DNA of 64,000 nucleotides from Candidatus Acutalibacter stercorigallinarum (lineage in GTDB: Bacteria > Bacillota > Clostridia > Oscillospirales > Acutalibacteraceae), in NCBI GenBank assembly GCA_019112625.1, contig DXIW01000029.1, positions 2,494 through 66,493 on the forward strand, read 5' to 3'. A program made the position numbers and the translations under genes. Below the pieces are notes generated by a model. It was not told the DNA's origin and did not search any database. It saw only the letters and a list, made by a program, of their open reading frames with translations. Positions 15,944-24,002 of the stretch are shown piece by piece. The number at the start of each line of letters is the position of its first letter. The stretch's first letter is position 1.

Positions 15944-18685
15944 ATGAAAACAGAGAAATTCCAGGTGACGGGCATGACCTGCGCCGCCTGCCAGGCCAAC
16001 GTGACCAAGTGCGTGGCGAAGCTCCCCGGGGTGGAGCAGGTGGACGTGAGCTTGCTGGCCAACGCCATGACCGTCACATACGATGACGGGGCCCTGACCG
16101 AGGAGGCCATCGTGACCGCGGTGGAGGACATCGGCTACGGGGCGGAGCCGTCCCGGCCGGCCGGGACAGGAAAAGCCGGGGAGCAGGGCTTCCGGGGGGA
16201 GTGGAAAAAGCGCCAGGCCGCGGCGGAGCAGGAGCGGAAGTCCATGAAGCGGCGGCTGGTGGCGTCTATTATCCTCCTCATCCCCCTGATGTACGTGGCC
16301 ATGGGGGCCATGATGGGGCTGCCGGTGCCCGGCTTCCTCACGGGAGAGGAGAACGCGCTGATCTCCGCCATGACCCAGCTGCTCATTGCGACGCCCATTT
16401 TGCTGCTGAACCGGAAGTTCTACACCGTGGGGCTGCGGGCGCTGTGGAAGCGGATGCCCAACATGGACTCCCTGGTGGCGGTGGGGTCGGGGGCCTCCCT
16501 GCTCTACGGCATTTTCGCCATGTACCGCATGGCCTGGGGCTTTGGCCATGGGGATATGGCCCTGGTGCACCAGTACTCCCACGACCTGTACTTTGAGTCC
16601 TCGGCCATGATCGTCACCCTGGTGACGGTGGGGAAATACCTGGAGAGCCGCTCCAAGGCAAAGACCTCCAGCGCCCTGGACAAGCTGGTGGACCTGGCCC
16701 CCAAGACCGCCGTGGTGCTGAAAAACGGCGTGGAGGAGACCATCCCCGCGGAACAGGTGAAGGCCGGGGACATCGTGGTCATCCGGCCCGGGGAGAGCAT
16801 CCCCGTGGACGGGGAGGTCACACAGGGCCAGGGGTATGTGGACCAGGCGGCCATCACCGGGGAGAGCATCCCCGTGGAGAAGGGGCCTGGGGACCCGGTG
16901 CTCTCCGCCACCATCAACAAAAACGGCAGCTTCCAGTTTAGGGCCTCCAAGGTGGGGGACGACACCACCCTGGCCCAGATCATCCGGCTGGTGGACGAGG
17001 CCGGGAGCAGCAAGGCCCCCATCGCCCGGCTGGCGGACAAGATCAGCGGGGTATTCGTGCCGGTGGTCATGGCCATCGCCCTGGTGACCACTATCGTGTG
17101 GCTTTTGCTGGGCTATGGGTTTGAGTTCGCCCTGTCCTGCGGCATCGCCGTGCTGGTGATCTCCTGCCCCTGCGCGCTGGGGCTGGCCACGCCGGTGGCC
17201 ATTATGGTGGGCACGGGCAAGGCGGCGGAGTACGGCATCCTTATCAAGTCGGCGGAGAGCTTGGAGAACCTGCACCACATGGACACGGTGGTGCTGGACA
17301 AGACCGGCACCCTCACCAGCGGCCACCCGGCGGTGACGGACGTGCTGGTACTGGAGCCGGGGCTGAGCCAGGAGGGATTTCTGGCCGCTGCCGCCGCGGT
17401 GGAGCGGGGCAGCGAGCACCCCCTGGCCCAGGCGGTGGTGGAGGCGGCCCAGGCCGCCGGGATCGCCCCGCCCGCCGCGGAGCGGTTTGAGGCGGTGGCG
17501 GGCCGGGGGGTCCGGGCCTTGGTAGACGGCCGGGAGTACCTGGCGGGGAACCTGGCGTTCCTCGCGGAGAATGGGCTGGGGGCCGGGGAGGCCCGGGTCG
17601 CGGCAGAGCGCCTGGCGGCCGAGGGCAAGACCCCCCTGCTCTTTGCCCGGGAGGGGCGGCTTTTGGGGATCATCGCCGTGGCGGACACCCTGCGGGCGGA
17701 CAGCCTGCAGGCGGTAGAGCGGTTCCACCAGCTGGGGCTGAAGGTGGTGATGCTCACCGGGGACAACAAAGCCACCGCCGAGGCCATCCGCCGCCAGGCA
17801 GGCATTGAGGAGGCTGTGGCCGACGTGCTCCCCGCGGAAAAGGAGGCGGCGGTGCGCAGGCTCCAGGAGCAGGGGCGGAAGGTCATTATGGTGGGGGACG
17901 GCATCAACGACGCCCCGGCCCTCACCCGGGCGGACGTGGGTGTGGCCATCGGCGCGGGGACGGACATCGCCATCGACTCCGCCGACGTGGTGCTGATGAA
18001 GAGCTCGCTAAACGACGTGGCCACGGCCATCCAGCTGAGCCGGGCGGTGATCCGGAACATCCGCATGAACCTGTTCTGGGCGTTCTTCTACAACGTGCTG
18101 GGCATCCCCATCGCCGCGGGGGTGCTGTTCCTGCCCTTCGCCATCAAGCTGAGCCCCATGCTGGGCTCCGCCGCCATGAGCATGAGCTCGGTGTGCGTGT
18201 GCCTGAACGCGCTGAGGCTGCGATTCTTCCGAGATAAGCACGCGCCTGCGAAAGCCGGCGATGCCCAGGTGAGGCCGGCATATCTCGCGTCGGAGGCAGA
18301 TGAATCGCGGCGATTTTTCCGGGATAAGCACGCGCCTGCGAAAGCTGACGGCGGCCAGGCGGAAACGATCGCGCCTGCGCAGAAGGAAACGGCCTGCCCC
18401 CTTCCGGCGGCAGCCGGTCCCATAGAAAAAGTGGAGACACAAGAAAATCAAACCAAAGGAGAGATTGTGATGACCAAAGTATTGACCGTAGAGGGCATGA
18501 TGTGCGCTCACTGCCAGGCCCACGTACAGAAAGCCCTGGCCGGGGTGCCCGGCGTGGCCAGCGCCGTGGTGGACCTGGACGCCAAAAAGGCCACCGTGGA
18601 GCTGACCGCCGACGTGGCCGACAGCGTCCTGATGGACGCGGTGAAGGACGCGGGCTATGACCCGGTGGACTGCGCTGTGCTGTAA
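15944..18685 (+). CDS. copA: Cu(I)-translocating P1B-type ATPase with N- and C-terminal HMA domains
   Basis: GMTCAAC, TGES, CPCALGLATP, DKTGT, GDGINDAP, YN and MSMSS, C-terminal GMMCAHC. Confidence 0.96.
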   Translation: MKTEKFQVTGMTCAACQANVTKCVAKLPGVEQVDVSLLANAMTVTYDDGALTEEAIVTAVEDIGYGAEPSRPAGTGKAGEQGFRGEWKKRQAAAEQERKSMKRRLVASIILLIPLMYVAMGAMMGLPVPGFLTGEENALISAMTQLLIATPILLLNRKFYTVGLRALWKRMPNMDSLVAVGSGASLLYGIFAMYRMAWGFGHGDMALVHQYSHDLYFESSAMIVTLVTVGKYLESRSKAKTSSALDKLVDLAPKTAVVLKNGVEETIPAEQVKAGDIVVIRPGESIPVDGEVTQGQGYVDQAAITGESIPVEKGPGDPVLSATINKNGSFQFRASKVGDDTTLAQIIRLVDEAGSSKAPIARLADKISGVFVPVVMAIALVTTIVWLLLGYGFEFALSCGIAVLVISCPCALGLATPVAIMVGTGKAAEYGILIKSAESLENLHHMDTVVLDKTGTLTSGHPAVTDVLVLEPGLSQEGFLAAAAAVERGSEHPLAQAVVEAAQAAGIAPPAAERFEAVAGRGVRALVDGREYLAGNLAFLAENGLGAGEARVAAERLAAEGKTPLLFAREGRLLGIIAVADTLRADSLQAVERFHQLGLKVVMLTGDNKATAEAIRRQAGIEEAVADVLPAEKEAAVRRLQEQGRKVIMVGDGINDAPALTRADVGVAIGAGTDIAIDSADVVLMKSSLNDVATAIQLSRAVIRNIRMNLFWAFFYNVLGIPIAAGVLFLPFAIKLSPMLGSAAMSMSSVCVCLNALRLRFFRDKHAPAKAGDAQVRPAYLASEADESRRFFRDKHAPAKADGGQAETIAPAQKETACPLPAAAGPIEKVETQENQTKGEIVMTKVLTVEGMMCAHCQAHVQKALAGVPGVASAVVDLDAKKATVELTADVADSVLMDAVKDAGYDPVDCAVL
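18221..18345 (+). repeat. In-frame direct repeat in the copA linker (90-bp period)
   Basis: cgatt(c/t)ttccg(a/g)gataagcacgcgcctgcgaaagc at 18221 and 18311, encoding RFFRDKHAPAKA twice. Confidence 0.9.
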
Positions 18686-18700
18686 TTTGTTTCAAGGGAC

Positions 18701-18745
18701 AAGAGAAAATCCCCCTGGCAAATGCCAAGGGGATTTTTCTCTTCT
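18701..18745 (+). terminator. Terminator-like hairpin after copA
   Basis: aagagaaaatcccc..ggca-aa-tgcc..ggggatttttctctt. Confidence 0.65.
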
Positions 18746-18868
18746 TTCTTGAAAGAAAGAAGCAAAGAACTTTTAAGTGGCAACGAACGAGCCTTTGGAA
18801 AAAAGGTGGAGATGGTGGCTCGTCCGAGGCTTCTTTTTGAAAGAGAGAAGCGGGGGACTTTTGGGTGA

Positions 18869-18946
18869 GAGACTTGGCTCGTGCACCAAAAGCTCGCCAG
18901 GGTTTTTGACCGAGCAAGTCGAACGGCAGTGAGACTTGGCTCGTGC
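18869..18946. repeat. Dispersed repeat family D, copy 2, with local direct repeat
   Basis: gagacttggctcgtgc at 18869 and 18931; body matches 5027-5068. Confidence 0.65.
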
Positions 18947-18957
18947 CCACCCCCCTA

Positions 18958-19013
18958 CCCCCTCCCGTTGTTATACTTTGCGTGGAAGGGGGCCTTACTG
19001 CAACGGGAGGGGG
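18958..19013. repeat. Dispersed hairpin repeat family C, copy 2
   Basis: Matches 1550-1605; like copy 1, it is followed by an AT-rich spacer and a family B palindrome. Confidence 0.8.
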
Positions 19014-19129
19014 ATTTCTATTTTCAAAATAATATAAAGTTTTTCCAGGGGGCTCTGCCCCCTGGCACCCCCAAGAGAGGGGAATGAGAGAAGAAATTCA
19101 CCTTTTTGATGCTGAGTTTTATGAGAGAT

Positions 19130-19233
19130 ACCCCCTCAGGCACGATGAAATCGTGCCAGCTCCCCCAAAGGGGGAGCCGAGTCTTGCCTCCCTCTTGAGG
19201 GGGCTGTCAACGCAAAGCGTTGACTGGGGGAGT
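19130..19233. repeat. REP-like family A inverted pair
   Basis: accccctcaggcacgat-gaa-atcgtgccagctccccc..gggggagcc / gcctccctc..gagggggctgtcaacgc-aaa-gcgttgactgggggagt. Confidence 0.8.
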
Positions 19234-19273
19234 TTTTAGCTCGTGCCTCCCTTTGAAACCCCTGCGGGAGGCG

Positions 19274-20629
19274 TTACTTCTCCAGCTGCTCCGCGACGGC
19301 CTGGAGGGAGAGGGAGTGTTCTTTCGCGATGCGGGAGAGGTCGTCGTACTCGGGCTTTTGGCGGGTGACGCCCCAGCCGGAGGCGGTTTTTACCCGCACC
19401 GGGCCCCAGGGGGTCTGGCGCTCCTGCTGGGAGCGGGCCAGGGTGTACCGCTGGCACAGGTGCTCCCGCACCCCCAGGGTGGTGGTGTGGCGGAACATGG
19501 CCCGCACCAGGGGCTCGCGGTCCTCCAGGCGGCAGAGGACGGTGAGCATCACCCCGGGGCGGCTCTTCTTCATGCCGATGGGGGTGGTGAAAACGTCCAG
19601 GGCGCCGGCGGCCAGCAGCTGCTCCATGGCGAAGCCCAGGGCTTCGGGGGTCATATCGTCCAGGTTGCAGGAGAGCTCGGCCACCTGGTCCCCGGGAGCG
19701 TCCTCAGTCTGGCCCCACAGGGCGCGGACGCCGTTCATGGCCTCGAAATCCTTGGTGCCCATGCCGCAGCCTGTCTTTTCCACCCGCATCACCGGGGAGG
19801 GGCCGAAGGCGGTGACAAAATGCTTGAGGAGCGCCGCGCCGGTGGGGGTGCACAGCTCCCCCTGGACCGCGCCGCCGTAGGTGGGCACGCCCTGGAGGAT
19901 ATAAGCGGTGGCGGGGGCGGGCACCGGCAGGATGCCGTGGGCACACCGCACCTGGCCGCTGCCCACGTGCACCGGGGAGCACAGCACCTGGTCCGGGGCC
20001 AGCTCGTGGAGGAGCAGGCACACCGCGGTGATGTCGGCTACGGCGTCCAGGGCGCCCACCTCGTGGAAGTGGACCTGCTCCACGGGCACGCCGTGGGCGT
20101 GGCTCTCCGCCTCACCGATGAGCTGATATACAGCCAGCACGTCCTCTCTCACGGTGTCGGGCAGGTCTAGGTGGGAGAGGATGTGGCGGATTTCCCCCAT
20201 CCCCGCGTGGTGATGATGGCCGTGGCTGTGGTCGTGATCGTGGGTGTGGTCGTGGTCATGGGGGTGGTCGTGGTCGTGGGGATGGTCGTGGTCGTGGGGA
20301 TGGTCGTGGTCGTGGGGATGGTCATGGTCATGAGGGTGGTCATGGTCGTGAGGGTGGTCATGGTCGTGGGGATGGTCATGATGGTGGTGGCCCGCCAGGG
20401 CGAAGGGCACGTCATGGCTTGCCTCCTCCTCCCCGTGGACGGTGACGGAGAAGTGGGTGCCGGTGATGCCGCACTTTACCGAGGGGGCGGTGGTGGCCTC
20501 CACCCCGGGAATGCCCAGGGCGTTGAAGCGCCGGAGGAAGCCCTGGGGGTCCGGGTGGAGCTCCAGCAGGGCCCCGGCCAGCATGTCCCCGGCCGCGCCC
20601 ATATTGCATTGGAAATAGAGTGTTTTCAT
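19274..20629 (-). CDS. larC: Nickel pincer nucleotide cofactor biosynthesis protein LarC (nickel insertase)
   Basis: GAAGDMLAGAL, His-rich insert, VHFHEVGALD, HGILPVPAPAT, GELCTPTG, NLDDMTPE, MKKSRPG, KPEYDD; single uninterrupted frame. Confidence 0.95.
   Translation of the reverse strand: MKTLYFQCNMGAAGDMLAGALLELHPDPQGFLRRFNALGIPGVEATTAPSVKCGITGTHFSVTVHGEEEASHDVPFALAGHHHHDHPHDHDHPHDHDHPHDHDHPHDHDHPHDHDHPHDHDHPHDHDHTHDHDHSHGHHHHAGMGEIRHILSHLDLPDTVREDVLAVYQLIGEAESHAHGVPVEQVHFHEVGALDAVADITAVCLLLHELAPDQVLCSPVHVGSGQVRCAHGILPVPAPATAYILQGVPTYGGAVQGELCTPTGAALLKHFVTAFGPSPVMRVEKTGCGMGTKDFEAMNGVRALWGQTEDAPGDQVAELSCNLDDMTPEALGFAMEQLLAAGALDVFTTPIGMKKSRPGVMLTVLCRLEDREPLVRAMFRHTTTLGVREHLCQRYTLARSQQERQTPWGPVRVKTASGWGVTRQKPEYDDLSRIAKEHSLSLQAVAEQLEK
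20208..20390 (-). repeat. 18-bp tandem repeat encoding (HDHDHP)n in larC
   Basis: Six HDHDHP units plus HDHDHT and HDHDHS, flanked by poly-His. Confidence 0.95.
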
Positions 20630-20667
20630 GGATGATGCTCCTTTGGAACGCACAACGGCTGGCGCCG

Positions 20668-20695
20668 TTGACATTTTTTGGGGGTGTGATATAAT
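20668..20695 (+). promoter_or_regulatory. Near-consensus sigma-A promoter of the putative antitoxin RNA
   Basis: TTGACA-16-TATAAT with extended TGn; no credible plus-strand gene follows. Confidence 0.8.
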
Positions 20696-20700
20696 AGACA

Positions 20701-20791
20701 TAGAAAGAGAGCTTGCCGTCAGAAGGTCAGCCCTCAGATGTTGTCAAGAAGATGACCGCACACCGTGGCTGGGGGGCGGTCATTTTCTTTT
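20701..20791 (+). ncRNA. Putative type I antitoxin antisense RNA (about 90 nt)
   Basis: Own promoter; ends in aagaagatgaccgc/gcggtcattttctt hairpin plus U-run that overlaps the peptide stop codon. Confidence 0.7.
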
Positions 20792-20881
20792 GTTCCAGTA
20801 GGTCCACAGGCTCCAGAGGAACCCGGCGAACGCCACGAGCATGAGCATGATCTGACAGAAGTCATTCAGCGTCATGTACAT
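20780..20881 (-). CDS. Putative type I toxin, 33-aa single-TM peptide
   Basis: MYMTLNDFCQIMLMLVAFAGFLWSLWTYWNKRK*; hydrophobic core, basic C-terminus, SD held in a GAAA-capped hairpin. Confidence 0.75.
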   Translation of the reverse strand: MYMTLNDFCQIMLMLVAFAGFLWSLWTYWNKRK

Positions 20882-21056
20882 TTGGAATCCCCCCTTTCGG
20901 AGGGGCGCTGGCCGAGGCCAGCCAAAAGAATTTCGTACTCTCCTGAGGGAGGACGACCCCTCCGCTTTTTCGTGGAGGGCGGACCGCTGGGGCCGCTTTT
21001 ACAGCCCCGTACCCGACTTATGTGGCAAGCTCCCGCAGGGTCTCCCCTGCGGGTCT

Positions 21057-21085
21057 ATTGTAACAGAAAGAGACGGGAAAGGCAA
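21057..21085 (-). promoter_or_regulatory. Promoter of the putative toxin mRNA
   Basis: TTGCCT-17-TACAAT with extended TG on the minus strand, just past the larB stop. Confidence 0.7.
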
Positions 21086-21096
21086 GAAATCGCGGG

Positions 21097-21843
21097 TCAC
21101 AGGTGGTTGATCATGCTGGCCAGGTAGCCGGCGCCGAAGCCGTTGTCGATGTTCACCACGCTGACGCCGCTGGCGCAGGAGTTGAGCATGGACAGCAGCG
21201 CCGCCAGGCCCCCGAAGGCGGCCCCGTAGCCCACGCTGGTGGGCACGGCGATAACGGGGCAGTCGGAAAGTCCCCCGATGACGCTGGCCAGGGCGCCCTC
21301 CATGCCGGCGATGGCGATGATGGCCCGGGCGCTCATAATGTCCTCCAGATGGGACAGGGTGCGGTGGAGGCCCGCCACCCCCACGTCGTACAAACGGGTG
21401 ACGTGGTTGCCCAGCACCTCTGCGGTGAGGGCGGCCTCCTCGGCCACGGGCATGTCGCTGGTGCCGCCGGTGGCCACCACGATGGTGCCCTTGCCGGTGA
21501 CAGGGGGCATGTCCCCCACGATGCCCACCCGACCCATCTCGTAGTAGGTGAGGGGCAGGGCCTCCCCCACCACTTGGGCGGCCTCGGGGCTCATGCGGGT
21601 GATGAGGACGGCCTTCTCCCCCTGCTGGCGCAGGGAGGCGGCGATGTCCCGGATCTGCGAGGGTGTCTTGCCCGCGCCGTAGATCACCTCGGCGGCGCCC
21701 TGGCGCAGGCCCCGGTGGTTATCCACCTTGGCGAAGCCCAGGTCCTGGAAGGGCTCCATTTTCAGCCGCAGAATGGCCTGGTCCACCGGGCACTTGCCGG
21801 CGGCCACCTGCTCTAACAGGGCGCGTATCTCTTGCTGGTCCAT
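21097..21843 (-). CDS. larB: Nickel pincer cofactor biosynthesis protein LarB (PurE-like carboxylase/hydrolase)
   Basis: EVIYGAGKT, GTSDMPVAEEA, DVGVAGLHR, AGMEGAL, PTSVGYG, NIDNGFGA. Confidence 0.96.
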   Translation of the reverse strand: MDQQEIRALLEQVAAGKCPVDQAILRLKMEPFQDLGFAKVDNHRGLRQGAAEVIYGAGKTPSQIRDIAASLRQQGEKAVLITRMSPEAAQVVGEALPLTYYEMGRVGIVGDMPPVTGKGTIVVATGGTSDMPVAEEAALTAEVLGNHVTRLYDVGVAGLHRTLSHLEDIMSARAIIAIAGMEGALASVIGGLSDCPVIAVPTSVGYGAAFGGLAALLSMLNSCASGVSVVNIDNGFGAGYLASMINHL

Positions 21844-21891
21844 CTGGTCCAGCTCCTTTCGTTATGGGTGTAGGGTGGTGCGGTGTGTGGG

Positions 21892-21977
21892 GCCCGCCCG
21901 CTCCGGCCTTGGCCTTGGGGCAAGGCCGGGCCCCCGCGGAGCGGGGGCGCCGCCGGGAGGCGGCGGAGCGGGCGGGC
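21892..21977. repeat. Four-way-junction element, copy 2 (larE-larB spacer)
   Basis: Closing stem gcccgcccgctccg/cggagcgggcgggc enclosing gccttg..caaggc, gcccccgc-GGA-gcgggggc and ccgcc-GGGA-ggcgg. Confidence 0.7.
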
Positions 21978-21987
21978 GGGTGGCGGT

Positions 21988-22731
21988 CTAGCGGGGGTCC
22001 AGGTCCAGCAGGACGGCGGCGAACCAGGGGGACAGGGCCTGGCGGATGGCCTCCCGCTCCTGGGCGGCGCGGGCCAGCTGGGCGGCGGGGAGCTGGAGCC
22101 GGGCGGCCCCGTGGAACACCCGCACCCGGAGGTCGGAGAAGCCCAGGGCGAACAGGGCGTCCTCGGCGCGTTCCACCTTTTCCAGGACCTGCGGGGTGAG
22201 GGGCTCCCCGGTGGGGACCCGGGTGGCCAGGCAGGCGTAGGCCGGCTTGTTCCAGGTGAAGAGGCCCAGGTCTTTGGAGCGTTTGCGCACCTCCGTTTTG
22301 GTGATGCCGCACTCCCGCAGGGGGGAGCGGACGGAGAGCTCTTTGAGGGCCCGCATGCCGGGGCGGTCCCCGGCATCGTCGGAGGCGTTGGTGCCGTCGA
22401 TGAGCAGGGAGTAGCCGTCGGCCAGGGCCTGGTCCCGCAGGGCGGTGAAGAGGGCGGCCTTGCAGTGGTAGCACCGGTCCGGGCCGTTTTGCCGCACCTG
22501 GGAAAGGGCCAGCACGTCCAGCTCGATGAGTTTCAGCTCCGCGCCCAGCTGCTGGCAGAGGCGTTTCGCGTCCGCCAGCTCGAAGGCGGGCTGGAAGGGG
22601 GTTTTGACGAAATAGGGCTGCACCTGGGCCCCCAGCTGCAGGCCTGCCGCCAGCAGGTAGGCGGAATCCACGCCGCCGGAAAAGCCCAGGGCGGCTTTGG
22701 GGTGGCGGCGGAAAAAGTCCCGCAGGTCCAT
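21988..22731 (-). CDS. larE: ATP-dependent sulfur transferase LarE
   Basis: PP-loop FSGGVDS, RCYHCK, DGTNASD..DRPG, CLATR, LRVR. Confidence 0.94.
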   Translation of the reverse strand: MDLRDFFRRHPKAALGFSGGVDSAYLLAAGLQLGAQVQPYFVKTPFQPAFELADAKRLCQQLGAELKLIELDVLALSQVRQNGPDRCYHCKAALFTALRDQALADGYSLLIDGTNASDDAGDRPGMRALKELSVRSPLRECGITKTEVRKRSKDLGLFTWNKPAYACLATRVPTGEPLTPQVLEKVERAEDALFALGFSDLRVRVFHGAARLQLPAAQLARAAQEREAIRQALSPWFAAVLLDLDPR

Positions 22732-22880
22732 GGCGGTCCCTCCTTTCTCCTCAAAGAGGCAGCGGGAAGCGGGCCGGTGGGGACGCTTCGGCGCCCCGCC
22801 TGCCTGCCTCCCGCTTCCTGCGAGGATGGTGGTGGTGGAAAAATGGGTGGGAAACGGCCCTTCCTGGGCCGGTTTGTTTT

Positions 22881-22911
22881 AGTGTACACCCTAAAGCCCA
22901 CTTCAAGTCAA
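22881..22911 (-). promoter_or_regulatory. MerR-type promoter facing larE
   Basis: TTGACT-19-TACACT with imperfect dyad CTTGAAGT-GG-GCTTTAGG. Confidence 0.55.
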
Positions 22912-22937
22912 GAGGGAAGAATTTTTTCCGGCAGGGC

Positions 22938-22968
22938 TTGACTTAGAGTACACTCTAAGTGTTACACT
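22938..22968 (+). promoter_or_regulatory. MerR-type (NmlR/AdhR-like) promoter-operator
   Basis: TTGACT-19-TACACT with perfect dyad ACTTAGAGT-AC-ACTCTAAGT. Confidence 0.85.
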
Positions 22969-23007
22969 GGCAATACGAGAAAAAAAGTTGGGAGGAACGA
23001 CTGACCC

Positions 23008-23859
23008 ATGGAACGGACTTTATACGAAAACCTCACCTTAGACCAGGAGCGGGCGCTGTATGGCGCGCGGGGGGCGCTGGTGCGGCGGTGCCGCTTTGAG
23101 GGACCGGCAGACGGGGAATCGGCCCTGAAGGAGTGCCGGGACGTGGTGGTGGAGGACTGCGACTTTCTGCTGCGCTACCCCTTCTGGCACGCCCAGGACA
23201 CCCGGATCACCCACAGCCGCATGACGGAGACCTGCCGGGCCGCCCTGTGGTACGACAGGGACATCCGGCTGGAGGACTGCCAGCTGGGGGGCATCAAGGC
23301 GGTACGGGAGTGCGACAGCGTCACCCTGGAGGACTGCCGGATCGTCTCCCCGGAGTTTGGGTGGTTCTGCCGGGGGCTGAGCCTCTCCCGGTGCGATCTG
23401 ACGGCGGAGTACCCCTTTTTGCAGACCAGGGACCTGACCATCGACCACCTGGAGATGACGGGGAAATACTCCTTCCAGTATGTGGAGAACGGGGTCATCC
23501 GGGATTCGCATTTGGACACCAAGGACGCCTTTTGGCACACCAAGAACTTCACGGTGTACGACAGCGTGGTGAAGGGGGAGTACCTGGGGTGGTACTCGGA
23601 GAACCTGAAGCTGGTGCGGTGCAAGATCATCGGCACCCAGCCCCTGTGCTACTGCAAGGGCCTGGTGCTGGAGGACTGCGAGATGGTGGACTGCGACCTG
23701 GCCTTTGAGAACAGCGAGGTGGTGGCCACGGTGAAGGGGCGCATCGACAGCGTGAAAAACCCGGTGCACGGCAGCATCACCGCGGACGCCATTGGGGAGG
23801 TCATTCTGGACGAGAACCTGTGGCCCGGGGCGGACTGCGCCATCCATACCAACGAGTAA
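23008..23859 (+). CDS. DUF3737 family protein (predicted beta-helix)
   Basis: ERALY, GESALKE, LRYPFWH, GKYSFQY, TKDAFW, GEYLGW, QPLCY. Confidence 0.85.
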   Translation: MERTLYENLTLDQERALYGARGALVRRCRFEGPADGESALKECRDVVVEDCDFLLRYPFWHAQDTRITHSRMTETCRAALWYDRDIRLEDCQLGGIKAVRECDSVTLEDCRIVSPEFGWFCRGLSLSRCDLTAEYPFLQTRDLTIDHLEMTGKYSFQYVENGVIRDSHLDTKDAFWHTKNFTVYDSVVKGEYLGWYSENLKLVRCKIIGTQPLCYCKGLVLEDCEMVDCDLAFENSEVVATVKGRIDSVKNPVHGSITADAIGEVILDENLWPGADCAIHTNE

Positions 23860-24002
23860 GACGACATCACATACACAGCAAGGGCGAGGGGGGCTCCGGA
23901 GACGGGGCCCCTCTCCCCCTTTTCTGCGGGTTGGGGGCGGGGTGGACAGAAAAAGGCCCCCGGTGACCGGGGGCCGTGGTGACGTATGTTTGAAGGGCGC
24001 TG

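Noticed and set aside
19274-20629. Programmed frameshift in larC as in Lactobacillus plantarum
   Set aside because: The gene is one continuous frame here
20630-20701. Longer larC start from the ORF track (20701)
   Set aside because: The extension runs through the antisense promoter; aaaggag precedes MKTLYF at 20629
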